A DNA stretch of 63,955 nt, filler included, from Reticulomyxa filosa (GCA_000512085.1; 16 parts of 16 records of this genome joined end to end with filler, not necessarily neighbours in it); one strand, 5' to 3'; shown: positions 38,306-51,636, numbered from the whole stretch's first letter. Made by a program: numbers and translations. Notes: a model not told the origin generated them from the letters alone.

Positions 38306-39637
38306 GCAATCTACTTTTTTCAAACTGAAATTTGCTTATTTAACCTTCTTTGGCAAACAATTCAGAGTCAACTGCTATAGTTGATGATGGATTTGTACTA
38401 AGTTTTATGTAATGAATTTATTAAATATCTAACTAAACAATTAGTGCAAATATTTTTTCAAAGATATTAAGAATTGCAAAATTTGCTGTCACAATTTTGA
38501 AGAAAAAAATAATGAATATACAATAATAAAACAGCCTTTCAAAAAAAACTCAAAATGAATGACAATAAAAAGTTATCCAAATGAGAACATAACCTGTCAA
38601 GAACAACATCAATGCACTTTTGTATCAATGTATACACAATTACAATTCAAAATGTAGAAATATCACGGATTTAATAATATTTTCATAAACGTATTTGTAT
38701 CGTAGATATATAATTTTTTATTTATTTAATTTGTCATTTGTCCAAAAAAAATGTTTTTGCAAAATGTTACAATAGTTTTATTGGCAAATTAAAAAATGAT
38801 TTAAACATGTATTTGAAGTTCGATTGATTTAAAAATTTGTAAATATATTCATAAATTAATGTTACAATTTTGAAGTAAATAATTTTTTTTCTAAAATCGA
38901 TATGTTTGTTCTTTCATTAAGATAATTATTAAAAAAAGAAAAGCATTACGCTTTTTTTTAGACTAAGTTTTTCTTATTTTATTTAAATTTTTTCTTTTTT
39001 TTTAGTTTTAATTTTTAGCAGAGAAAAAGGTCACCGCTTTAAGGCAATATGTAGACATTCAACATTTTCTGTATGTTCGAACTTGTTGGATAATGGAGAT
39101 GAATGCAAGTCTTAGCGTAGTGTTTTATCTGCGTAAAAAAAAATGAAAAACTAAAGTAAAAAACATTTTGACGCTTACTCGTTCTAACGAAAGATTCAAA
39201 GTAGAGAAGAAGTAAATAATAAAAAATGTGTTTATTGTAATTGCTGACATCAGAAAAAATCTCAAATAAACACAGCATACTATAATAAATCCTGCATATT
39301 AGTAATTTTATTAATACGTCTTGTTTTTGAAAGGTACCGTTTAGTGTCGGTGTATCTGCAGGCATATTTGATGTCTTATCTACCAGAACTGAAATTTGTA
39401 CTGATTTGAAAGAAAACAAGGCACAATTTTAAATCTTATTGGATGGAAAATTTGTGAGCATTTTCATAAGGTATTTTTTGATTAAAGTTATTTTTGAGTA
39501 TTTCCTGTACTTTCAATTTTTTGTTTTTTTTGAATTCCACAATACGGACCTTTTCTTAAAAAGATGGTCCAGTAACAAAGAAATAAATCAGCCTCCGTCA
39601 ATGATGAGTGGTACAATCACTTTTCATTTAGAGAGGC

Positions 39638-40955
39638 TCAGTCTTCTTCAGTGTCTTGTTTGCGTAATTTTCCCGTTTTTTTATTTGAGCGTTTTCGTGA
39701 ACTAGGTTTTGCATTAAGACAAACTTGCAAAACATTATCAACATCACCGGCACTCAAATGTAGGTATTGGATGAGATGTCGCTTGTCCAATACATTTTGT
39801 TCCAGTGCCTCCAAACTGTAAAGGCCAAAACTTTTGAGAGTTTCAATGCCTTCACTGCTCACGTTATTATCACTTAGGATCTTGACAAACTGTAATGTGA
39901 ATGCATTTCATTTCATATTACAAAAAAAGTAGAAAAGGAAAAAAAAAAAAAAAGTGACTGGATTAGACAAACAAAAGGAGGGCACCTTTGTCCATTCAGC
40001 TTTAATTCTATTGCACTGTTTTTCAATCATGTCAATGGAGGCTTGCTCGAGTTCAAGATCGTTTAACTGTTGTATGACTTGTGGCGTTTCATCAACGATG
40101 GCCGCTATAACAGTATTGCTTTTGTCAAGCCATTTTCCCAGCATGACAGCGTCTTTTTTATTCGGAAAGCGAAGATTCAAAGCATTTCTTGTCTGTATAT
40201 GTGAGGACAGGACAGGTTAGTCATATCAACACCACATTCTAAGACTATGGCACATACAATATAAATCGCATATAAGCGTGAATGTGTGTGTGTATGTGCA
40301 CGCAATATATGTATACACGTATTATACATATACGTGTGTGTGTCCAAAAATAAAATGACAAAACTAGAATTTCAGACAAATGTTGAAAGTACTTTTCATT
40401 CAATCTTGGTATTTGCGTACATTTGTGATAGCTGTTACACAAAGACAAAGCGAATATGTTTTTGTCTTGCAAGTGGTAGTGTGCAAGAGCATATTCGTAT
40501 TCAAAGATGGCATAAAGTCCGGCATGTGGCAACGACCCGTCAATCAAAGGCAAGAATTTTTTGATAGCTCTGGAATAGTTCTTGCGATGATACATCTCAA
40601 ACAGCCCCGCCCAATATTGGCCCGCGAACAATGTATTTTCAAGTTGCAACATTGCCGCAAAATATTCCAGCGTTTCTTGGCAGACAAAGTCTGCTGTGTT
40701 TGAGTTTTTCAAGTCTTGTCGTCCAATCGTCTGTCGATATTCCTTGCTTTCGAACCATTTGACATAGTCGTTATCCAATACTTTTTTGAATTGCCACGCC
40801 TGTCGCAGCAACTCACTAAAATTTTTGCTTATTTCTTTTTCCTTTTGAAAGTTCGGTTCGTGTCCAATAATGCACGACTCAGCGATTAGTCTCCACATAT
40901 CCAATGCCAAAAGATCGCATTGCATGGTCGGTGAATAATTTCCTTCTTCTTGAAC
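39638..40955 (-). CDS. Hypothetical helical (TPR-like) protein with a SAM-like C-terminal segment; 3 exons visible, 5' truncated
   Basis: Coding-like ORFs 40245-40925, 39908-40180 and 39638-39862 are separated by AT-rich GT..AG introns. Motifs AIKKF...YALAHYHL and LKSFGLYSLEALE...LIQYLHL. Confidence 0.6.
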
Positions 40956-41753
40956 CTTTTTTTTTTTTNNNNNNNNNNNNNNNNNNNNNNNNNNNNNNNN
41001 NNNNNNNNNNNNTTAATTAATTAANNNNNNNNNNNNNNNNNNNNNNNNNNNNNNNNNNNNNNNNNNNNTCATCTGCTTTTGATCTGCTTTGATAACAAGA
41101 TTGTGAAGCAGTATTATGTTGATTTATAATATTTGGTAATGATGACAACGAATCACATGACAGCTTGCCTATGTGTTTTGTTCTTCCATGCGCTTTCAAA
41201 TTGTGTTTTGCCATTCGGCAATGAAGTCATCTTTCTACTCGGAGTAAAATTTTTGCAAGGGGACGTCGCTATTCCTTAAATAAAACTTTGGATCGTCCTG
41301 GCTGAATCCCAATTAATGAAAGTGATAACCTTTAAATTACAATTTCTTAATACAATAAAAATTTCCAAATAATTTCCAATGAAAAAATTTCAATCAAATT
41401 TTAATTAAAATCCAATCAACAAATCTTCAAAATAACAAATTTGTAATCTTTGTAATATCCCCTCTTCAAGGGTTTCAAATAAATCCTCCAATTAATTAAT
41501 CCAAATAATCTTTCAATAACAACCAATTTTCTTAAGGAAATTTCCTAAAGAAATTTTTTCAAAATTTCAAATACTAATATTTCAAAATCAACTTCAAATC
41601 TTGAAAGATCTTGGAGTATCTTGACCTTACCTACCTAGATCCCTTCAAAAAAAACAACTTTTGCAGTAAGTTGAAAATGATTATGAAGGGGGCTAAATAT
41701 TTTTTTTTATTTTCTTTATTTTTTTTATTTTTTTATTTTTCGCATTTCAAGCA

Positions 41754-42802
41754 ATGCGGAAATGCTACAGATTAAATTCAGGCAAGATCAGCTTTTATTC
41801 AAAACCCCAACTGGTGGAGATTGGAATGCACCATTCTGCTTGGCTAGACAAGAATATTGATGATATGGGTGAATCGGTGATGGATTTTATCATTAGCAAC
41901 AATTTACAAATAATGAATTCCAGTCCATTTGAGCATACCTATGAAAAGATTGAGCCCAATCATCAATTGATATTACTTTGTGCTCTGAATCAATCTCAAG
42001 ATGGTGCAATAATTGGAGGACAGACAAAAAATTGAAACGTGGAATTCAAGAAGCGATAAATGGGATTTGTATCGACAAACACTTGGAATGAAACTGGAAG
42101 AATGGAGAAATAATATACTATGGTGAAATCATAATAATCAACAATTATTAGATTTTGCTGTGACTAATTGTGTGGTGGAATCAGCAAAGCAAAGTATTGG
42201 AACAAGGATTATTTGGAAAGGAAATAAATCTTGGTGGACGATTCACTTCATAGAAAAAGAAAGTATAGAAAATGCAGAATTAAAGAGAAAATTGAGACAG
42301 GAGAAACAAGAATATTTGATCAAGAGTACCGAATCATTGAAGGAAGGAAATTATTTTCTCAATTCAAAATTCCTGCTTTGATGGAATCGACAGGAAAGAT
42401 AGATAAAGAAAAAGCTGAAATGTTGGTACTATCAGCCTCCACAACCACCAAGTTATTCTGAAGAAACGAAAGAACATTACCAATTAGTTAAAGATGAAAT
42501 TACAGCTGTGATTGATATGAATAAAGATGTAGAAATGAGTTGTTATCCATTATGATCATCAAATGGATATCACGAGATATTTCATTCCACAAGGCTCAAG
42601 GATCAGATAATATTCACAATCAATGATCAAAAATGGTGGACAAGCATTAATTGATTCTTTGGTTGTATTATTTAATTGGAGTTTTAAGATTGGATATGTT
42701 CCAAGATTATGGAAACGAGTGAATATTGTTCCAATTCCAAAACCAGATCAGACCATAGCATCTGCAAGAATTACAGACCAATCTCATTATTATCTGGAGT
42801 TG
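41754..42802 (+). mobile_element. Decayed LINE ORF2: APE endonuclease C-part and start of reverse transcriptase, multiply frameshifted
   Basis: HHSAWLD...G..VMDFIISNNLQIMN, IDITLCS, KSWWT, KAQGSDNIHNQMIKNGG..LIDSLVVLFNWSFKIGYVPRLWKRVNIVPIPKP and NYRPISLLS across frames. Confidence 0.92.
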
Positions 42803-44079
42803 NNNNNNNNNNNNNNNNNNNNNNNNNNNNNNNNNNNNNNNNNNNNTTAATTAATTAANNNNNNNNNNNNNNNNNNNNNNNNNNNNNNNNNNNNNNNNNN
42901 NNGAAAAATTGATGATCCCGCGTGGGATGACAGCATTTGTTAAGTATTTTTTTTTGTTTATTTAAAAAAATTATGTGAAAACATAGTCATAATATTATAA
43001 GATAGAACACTACATATGGCAAGCGGTCGTTTGTATAATTAAAATAATGTGGTGATATGGAAAGTGAAGAAGACAATGTCCCATTTTTTATTTATGTAAG
43101 TTGCTGTGTGGCGCTGGCAAGAATTGAATAATGTAAATGGTTCAATAGCAACAATGCTGCCAAATCATTGTCAATGCAGATTAAAGCTATATTCATTCGC
43201 AATATCGTTGAGAGCATATGGCAATATATGGAACAATTTTCAAATTGAATATCGAGTATACCACATTTATGCAAGGAGTTTAGTTTATCTATTTTGAAAA
43301 TCGATAGACTTGTAAAAATTTAAGTGTGACATAGATTTAATGCTTTTGAGACAGTACAAGACCAAGTCCCACGAGAAAAATATCAATCAGTCGAAGTAAA
43401 TTTGGACAAGTATTTGCTGGAGTGAATACGTTCGTATTTCTTCGATAATCTCCAATTGACGCGCTATTACTGTGGACACATAGTGAAGTAATAAAAAATA
43501 TTGTTCAAGTGAAAGCGTGGATTTGTCAACAATGTATCATTAAAAATAACAACACAAATGCAATCAGTAAAATGAAACGTAATTGTATTGTTATTCGACT
43601 TAATGTTTTCCTGATTTATTACAACAAAGCCCAAAGTGGATTATTATGTAAACTCAAGTTAATCAATCGAAATTGATCATGTCTGTGATAATATTAATGA
43701 GGAGCAAAGAATAGATGGAATATTCAAGTATTCTGTGAAGAATTCTCTAGTGGCATGCAATACTGCCATTACTCGAGTTTAAGACAGAGCGCATATTACC
43801 AACGTCAGAACAGTGGAGAAAAAGGCATTCAAGATAACAAGATCAATCAAACGCGAAGGAAGACAGCTTTATTTGAAGGTATGAGCTACATTTATCATAT
43901 TTTCAGCTTTTGTGATGTGTTTTAATCAAAACAAAGTGAGCATGGATCATTACATTGTAGAATGATTTGCCTTAGATTTNNNNNNNNNNNNNNNNNNNNN
44001 NNNNNNNNNNNNNNNNNNNNNNNTTAATTAATTAANNNNNNNNNNNNNNNNNNNNNNNNNNNNNNNNNNNNNNNNNNNN

Positions 44080-44121
44080 CAACAGCAACACAACAGCAAC
44101 ACAACAGCAACACAACAGCAG
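44080..44121 (+). repeat. 11-bp minisatellite (CAACAGCAACA)n, about 3.8 copies
   Basis: Direct reading at the contig start. Confidence 0.85.
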
Positions 44122-44129
44122 AAGTTTGA

Positions 44130-46420
44130 GCGCACATGCGCAACCTTGGATTTTTAGTCATTCACGTGACGATGGCGAGTGACTTGCGTTTGTCGAACAA
44201 GCGCCAATTAGCTTTGTTCTGGATCTTGGTGCCACCAGACAAAGAAGAAAAAAAAAGACTTGGAATCGCGCAAAGTGGAGAAATATTGAAATTATGGTGT
44301 CGCAACGACAGCAGCGAATAAGTGGAAGTCAATGAAAAGAATAATTCAGAAGTCGTTAGAAAATGCGCACACAACACGATCGAAATTGGCTTAATTTGGT
44401 TGAGATGTTGTTCGAAAATCCGTTAGACATCGACAAGCAAGAAGATGAGTAGTATGAAGAGAAGAAAGTGGACACCGAAACTACGTCGTATTGGATTTGT
44501 TTAAAAAAAAAAACAATTGGCAGTCTTTGTGAGTTTGCGCGTTTCCAGAGATGAAGAGTAAGCCCACGCCAGCGAGTGGTGACTTTGGTTATTGAATAAC
44601 TTTTAATAGCGCCCCTATGGAAAACGAAGAACAGTGTGGCAGCCCGAAACATTTAAAAAACTTGCTAGCCATTAACGTATGCGTAGGAAAGTATCTGCAA
44701 ATAATTGTTTGTGTGACACAGCACCAAAGACGAACTACTACGATCTACCAGCCAAAAACAAGTGAAACTATGTTATTATGGAAATGTCGCTAAGTTTATC
44801 AAAGAAGTAAGCAATAAAAACTGGTCGTGTGCGTACGCGGATTCGTAACGTTGGGTTTTGAATTGTGCATATGCTGGATTGTAGGAATTGTTTGCAACCA
44901 AGAGTGAAAAAAAAAGAGTGGTAATTTCTCAATCATTAGATAGCCAATTGAAAGGCTAGATGTACTGGAAGTGTTCGCGCAAAGTGTGTGTCTCATCACA
45001 ATGGAGACGTGGAACAGTTGGACACGAACAATCTGGATGTTAGTGCCATCAAACGACAAATGCAAGCTCGCCAAAAAGAAAAAAAAAAAGGTGGAGATAC
45101 TTCGCAAAATTAGTGAAGGATTTGTGCAAAACTCAGTGAAGACACAAGCGAGCCAAAAGATGAATATGAAAATGAAGAGTAGAAAGAGAAGCCCGAATTG
45201 CGCTGGATTCGTTTTAAAAAAACAAATAACACATACAGTCGGCTTTCTGAGTTTAGTTATGGAAATTTATCCTTTATTTCTGGAAACGCGCAAAGTCGCC
45301 ACTCGCGGGCGTGCGCTAACTTCACATAGCGCGCTCCAATGGAAAACGCAGAACGAGTGTGGCGATATATAGCATTGATAACCCGAATTATTGTAAAGAA
45401 CTTGTTCGCCATCAACATCGCCACACATACAAGTCTTTGCGAATAATTATTGATTTGCACAGCGCGAAAGATGGCGTCGAACTGCGATCTACAGACGCAA
45501 AAAAACAAGGAACACTCAGTCGTTATGGAAATGGCGCTAAGTTTATAAACGCAGGAAAATAATAGAAACTTGCCGTGTGCGTGCGCATATTCGCAACTTT
45601 GGACGTTGGAATCGTGTATATATCGATAGAATAAATTTCGAGCAACGAATACGCCCAAGAAGGGGGGAAAAAAAAAAATGGTACTACCTCCATTATTAGA
45701 TCGCCATCGAAGTGTTGGATGTACTCGAAACACCCGCGCAAAGTGTGTCTCTCATCAAACGGGAGACGATATTTTTCAAGTTCGAAGTCCATCCGCACTC
45801 GTGGGACAATTAGATAAGACTTTCCCAGATCAATATCGGACAATTGTGATCTTGGCGCCATCAAACGATGAAAGCAAGCTAGTCAAGAAGAAGAAAAAAG
45901 AACGAGGTGGCGATATTGCGCAAAGTAGAAACGATAGAGATATTGTGGTGGTTGCAACGGCGACAAAAAAGAAGAGGAAAGGCGATGAAGAAAAGGGCGT
46001 GGCAGTTGTCAGGAAATACTTATTCATAACGATCGAGAAAACTACCACATTGGGAGAATCTTCAATGTGAGAGTGGTTCAATTTAGTGGGAGGAGCTTTG
46101 CGAAACTCCGTTAATACATTGGTAATCAAGAAGAGAAGGATGAAGAGAATCTCAAAACCATATTGCGCTTGACCTATTCTTTAAACAAACAAATAAACAA
46201 ATCGTCTTCCAGATTTGCTGAGTTTGATTATGTACTGGCTTTTCACGCCTGCGAGTGGCGACTTTGTGTTCCCCAGACATGCATTACCTTCCTATAATGA
46301 ACAAGTGCGTGGTAATGTCAAGTGGTCGTAACACGAACAATTGGAAAGAGCTTGTTCGCCATTAACATAGGTGCGCACATTCGCGACTTTGAATTTTGAA
46401 TCGTGCATGTGCTGATGGTT
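44130..46420. repeat. Degenerate tandem array of ~700-790-bp units (about 3 units plus the start of a fourth), with no intact ORF
   Basis: Markers recur with this period: GCGCAxATTCGCxACxTTG-like at ~44130, 44830, 45580 and 46372; GATxTTxGxGCCAxCA; ATGGAAAACG; ACTTGxTxGCCATxAAC. Confidence 0.75.
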
Positions 46421-47416
46421 CAATACATTGAACTGGTGTTGTGTGCACCAATATCTGGATGCTGCTACTGTTGATGTGTGTAGAAGATAACTAATGTTGT
46501 TGTGCGCCATTGATTATAAAAGACAACAACATCGTGTCAATCAATCGATAATTGGATCGACGACTCAAAAGTCGCTTCATTATTTGACAAATCAAAACAA
46601 AGTTTTTGATATTGATAATGTATTGATGGCACTGGGCTCTGCTGAATGGATATTTGGACAATATTTTATGTCAGCAGTCGAGCCCCTCTCTCTTATCTCA
46701 AAGAAACCGGCGTTGTGGATACGAACGAACTTTTCGGTTAACCAAAAACCGAATTCCTCGAATTCAAAAAGTTGAATGGTCTGCCATTGACAAGACAGCC
46801 ACTCAAAAAAAAAAAATGGTAGCTCTAGGGAAAGAGCCTTTCAATGGTAATAGCTTCCCCCCAAGTCATTTCAATTGTCCAAAATAATGGAATACTTGAC
46901 GGAGGCATTATTATTGAAATCAACGCGCATTCCAACACAAGAAACTCAAGGAGCTGTTGTTATTTAGTTGATTTTTGCGCGTCTGTCCTCTTTCCTGTTC
47001 CTGGTGCTATCATTCGTTCTTGGGTCCATTGCTTGAAAAAGTTTTTTTTTATATGTACATATTTAATAAAAAAACATCTTTGTAACATATATTTATTATT
47101 TATTTATATGTGTGTGGTATGCGTTGTTTGAAATTTTTAAATAGATATTTGAAGATGTGCAAATGGAAATGAGCAAGTGTTGCTGTTAATATTACTATTG
47201 ATGCTGAATAACGTATAATTTGGAAAAAAAGGTCCATATCTTTGTAACGTGCTCATTATTGATTGAAAGTAGTGAGCTGCGCAACCTGTGTTCCAAGTTA
47301 TAATATTTTTTTATAANNNNNNNNNNNNNNNNNNNNNNNNNNNNNNNNNNNNNNNNNNNNTTAATTAATTAANNNNNNNNNNNNNNNNNNNNNNNNNNNN
47401 NNNNNNNNNNNNNNNN

Positions 47417-47456
<40 letters not shown>

Positions 47457-47507
47457 TTCGTTTTTAAATCCAAAAAATAAAATCTTTTCTTTTTGTTTTG
47501 TTGATAG

Positions 47508-47799
47508 AATACTCATTTTGGGTATTTGCTCCATCTGTCATTGCATCTTCGATTTTGATTGCTTCTCGACGTGCGTTGCGAATCAAACCGTTTTGGAACG
47601 ACGATTTGATTACCACTTTTCAATACCACTTCTGTGATTTATCAGAGTGCTTTTTGAAATTATGGAAGTTTTGTCCAATGTTCTTTTTTTTATTGTTAAT
47701 AATTTCTTTATCTTTATTATCGATTTTGTTGTTGTGGATAGTTTATATCGCTCCAAATTTCAACAAGATGCAATGCGTGCGGAGAAGGGTGAAGTGTAG
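47508..47799 (+). CDS. Cyclin C-terminal domain exons (cyclin J-like); 5' truncated
   Basis: EYSFWVFAPSVIASSILIASRRALRIKPFWNDDLITTFQY...LSECFLKLW fits the cyclin_C pattern (PS..AAA....R..L...W...L...Y....L..C...L). A short last exon ends ...AEKGEV*. Confidence 0.75.
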
Positions 47800-48925
47800 G
47801 TTTGTGGAGTAAAGTTTCTTTTGTTTTTTTGTACTTTCCTTCCTTTTTTTTTTGTTTTGGCAATTTTTCGTTTCAACCTGTTAGTTGTAACAATTTTTTT
47901 TATTTTATTAGTACAGTATTTAAATCTTTTGATAAAATAACTCTGAATTTTTTTTTACAGTTTTTGTGTGTGATTTGACGCAGTCTTTAAAATCTCATGC
48001 ACTTTAACTAATGTCTATGGCACTTTTCTTCCAACCATCCTTGAGCATAATGTGTTTCAAATTGTTTCTTTCATTTGCTAAAAGCAGCTGTCATTGGCTC
48101 TCTTTGTTTGACAAAGTGCAGGCATACCTTTGCAAAAATCACTGTCAAAAGAGACACAGCTTCACAAACCTCTGCAAAACAAATGGATATTAAGGATTCA
48201 CACTCCTGTCTTTAATCTCAAATGCGTACGAAGGAACACCCGTTTTTGTACTTTTTTTAAAAAAAGCTTACCCCTAAATATCATTTTCGCAGCAAATATT
48301 AGTGCGCCATCTTAGAAGGTGGTAGAGCAATGTCATTGCAATATTAAGCTTTACAAAGCAGATTGGGACATTTCACAAGTTATTGAGCAAGGGGTGAAAA
48401 GTGCTCAAGGAGAAACTGGTTCAAAGCGGCGCAAGAAATGTGCATGTCAGAAGATTCTATCCCAGTGATATCACAAATAAAGTCATTGATCCTACTACTT
48501 CGTGGAGACAAATTTGGAGCGAGCGAAACGCAACGAGCATTTATTTGCCAATGCATAGTAATATCACAAGTGTATTCACTATTTAAGTATCTATATGAGA
48601 AAGATTTTGAATCGGCGATGGAGATTCAGTTTGAATTTTATCGGTCCACATTTGTTGCTGTACCACTCGTCTCACAATTGTTGTCAATTTTTTTATGTTT
48701 GAAATGCGAGTTTGCAAGTGCATGGCGAGTGCAGCAAATATTTTTGAATCAAATCAGTTTCGTCTTTTTTTCCCCCCTTCCCCTTATTCTTCCTCTTCTT
48801 TGATGATTATACCTCAAAAAAAAAAAAGAACCAAATTTGAATGTCTTTGTTTTTTTTTTTCTTCAAAAAAAAAAAAAAAAAATGTTTCGCAAGGTGATTT
48901 GATTTTTTTCCCAGTTCGTTTTTTT

Positions 48926-49298
48926 ATGTACTTATTTCACCCGTGGCCACGTATCTTACGACCATTACATAGCCTGCATCCCATAAAAAACAAAATTAAA
49001 AAAAAAATTCGCAAAAAGTCTCAAAAGTGGTTACGTTTTCTCAATTTAAGCGAAGACAACCTAAAAAAAGAGGACAAACACGCAAAAAAAGAGGTTCATG
49101 GACAGATGCCTTTGAAATGTTGGATGAAGCAGTTTGAGCAATTCCCGTTATCGTATTTGACTCTTCCTGGGACTCACAACGCACACGCATACAAATTTAA
49201 ATGGGTGGTTTCATTTTTGAGTAATTTTGCAGTGAACCAGCATTGGGATGTTTATCGACAATTGAAAAATGGTGCCCGGTGTTTGGATATTAGAGTTG
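48926..49298 (+). CDS. PI-PLC X-domain protein (PLCXD/bacterial-type PI-PLC), N-terminal exon; 3' truncated
   Basis: WMKQF...PLSYLTLPGTHNAHAY and NQHWDVYRQLKNGARCLDIRV. The start codon is uncertain. Confidence 0.85.
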
Positions 49299-49866
49299 GT
49301 ACTTTAATCAAAAAAAAAAAAAAAAACAATTTTTAGGTTCTTTTTTTTTTTTTTNNNNNNNNNNNNNNNNNNNNNNNNNNNNNNNNNNNNNNNNNNNNTT
49401 AATTAATTAANNNNNNNNNNNNNNNNNNNNNNNNNNNNNNNNNNNNNNNNNNNNATGTATTTTTTATCAAAACGCTGAAAATTTATATTATTTTTGTTAT
49501 CTTTATTTTATTTTATTGTTATTGTTATTTATTTATTTTGATTTATTTATTTTTTAACTTGTTATTTTTTTTACAAACGAACATATCATTATCATGTTAT
49601 CTGCATTATACTTTTTAAAAAAAGAAAAAAAATGAAGATTTTTTGTTGCTAGAATGATGATAATTTCTAGTTGTTTGTAGACAATAAATGCAATCTTGCA
49701 ACATATTTATGTTATTCTCAGTTTGTACAATGAGAATGGATGGCCTTTTGATTTGTTTGAACTTTTGTTAGGACTTAGCTATTTTTTTAAAAATTGCGTG
49801 TGTTGTGATTGTTTATTTCTTAAAAGAAAAATTGTTAATGAAACCTTTGGAATTTTAATTTTTTGA

Positions 49867-51113
49867 TTATAATTCAACTTGAAAAAATGGATTTGATGGT
49901 ATGAAAACTGTTTCATCACAATTGATTTTAAATTGTGTTTGTTTACAGTCAATATCAATAACTGGATCAATAAACTTTTCTCCTACTCTTGCCCCATTAC
50001 CTGAGTTCATGATTTGATAAAATCCTCTATAACCAATAGTCTCAATTTCATTATACCCATGTTTTCGTTTCATAGCATTATAGAATATTCCAATGAACGA
50101 TTCAGTCAAAATTTTTGAAGCTATAAGTAATTTGTCCATTGATTCGTCAACATCAGCGTAAGCACTGTTGCACGTATGAAACTCAAAAATTAATTTTCGA
50201 CGGTTGTTGAGCCGAGTTTTGTTGGGTTTTTTGATGACACCGTCCTTGCACTGTGAAGAGGAAAGAGGAGCAAAGTAAGCTTTTAGACCGCAATGCTCAA
50301 ACATTTCATCAATTTTCGAAGCAAATTCTTCTGGAGACATCCGTTTAAATGGCGTGATAGTGTCAATGGCATTCGAATATCCATGCGAGACAATATGAAA
50401 ATACAAATCTCGTTGCTTTTCATTGAGTATTTGGGACAAATAAGTGGCAAGTAAATGGTTGAAAGGAACAAAAGCATTCATATTCCAATAGATTGGCACT
50501 TCGCAAACACCATTATTGAATCGATTTTTAATCAACTTGCAAGTAGAATTCCAAAATTTGAGCAATTCCACCGCATCTGTATAATCAATTGGAGTCTTCA
50601 GATGGTCTGCAATACAAACTCCTGGAACAACAATAAAATGATTCAAACGAAGCAAAGCTTGCTTCTTATGCTGATTTTTAGCTTGCAAAGTGTTTGCAAA
50701 ACTGGCAATCATCCGTGCAAGATGCGTTTCATTCTGTTTATTTCTAAGATGCCTTTGCCAGAGTTATTGATATCAACCACTTCCACCTCTGGATGAGGTG
50801 GAATACCTCCTACGCATAACCATTTTGCTCCTTTTCCCTTGTAATAGTGCACGTCAGCAGCAGATATCACTGCGTACACCAGATACACAAACCCGTTGCT
50901 TTCTTTGTCAGTCAAAAGAGAGGTGGAATGACTGTGATTTTGGTTGTGCTCAGGCAATTTGTCATAAATCAATGTTATTTTCAGCAGACAAGGTCTTAAA
51001 GAAATGGGGTGCAGTCCCTCTTTAACAAAACTATTGGACTTGTCACATTGATAATACACACCATTAACAACACTGCTGCCCGCTTTAGATAATATCATTG
51101 CCTTCATTATCAA
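49867..51113 (-). CDS. Intronless fusion of an N-terminal AGxxxVNGxY beta-domain to a clan CD cysteine protease domain (peptidase C80/CPD-like); one -1 frameshift between 50765 and 50712
   Basis: ORF 51113-50709 contains KAGSSVVNGVY...YY...W...GGIPPHPEV. ORF 50712-49867 contains YFHIVSHG, SPEEFASKI....GL, IFEFHTCNSA and SFIG.FY..M...GY..I...GYRG. The second frame is open from 50763. Confidence 0.65.
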
Positions 51114-51636
51114 ACAAACTATGCTTTTGCCTAAACTTTTTTTGCTTTTTCTATATGCAGGCCTACTTATTTTTCTCCATTTTTAAGGAAAGGGTTTCTT
51201 AAAAAACACGTGCAAACATACTAATGTTCCAGACTTAAATAGGTGTTAGTAGACACATATTTGATATACAATATAATGGCCTTCAATGAATAAAACAAAT
51301 TTGAATGTTTTAAAAAAATCAATACTTATACTCCAATAATTTAAAATAAGAAATATTTTTTGCGGACTTCGACGTTTCTAATGGGAAAAAGACACTCCTT
51401 GGCATTGTAGAAAAAGAGCATTAATATTAAAAAAAAAGTTCCAAGAGCACTATTTAACGCACAAACATGCTTACCAATGCGACCCAAACATGATGATTAA
51501 GAAGAAAAACAAGCAAACAAGCACACAGGAAAACACGACAAGAGTGAGATCACTTTTTTTTTTTTTTAATATAATCACAAGTGAAAAATGAGAGGTTGAA
51601 CAAGAAGTTGTATTGTCAACAGTGTGTATATATTAG

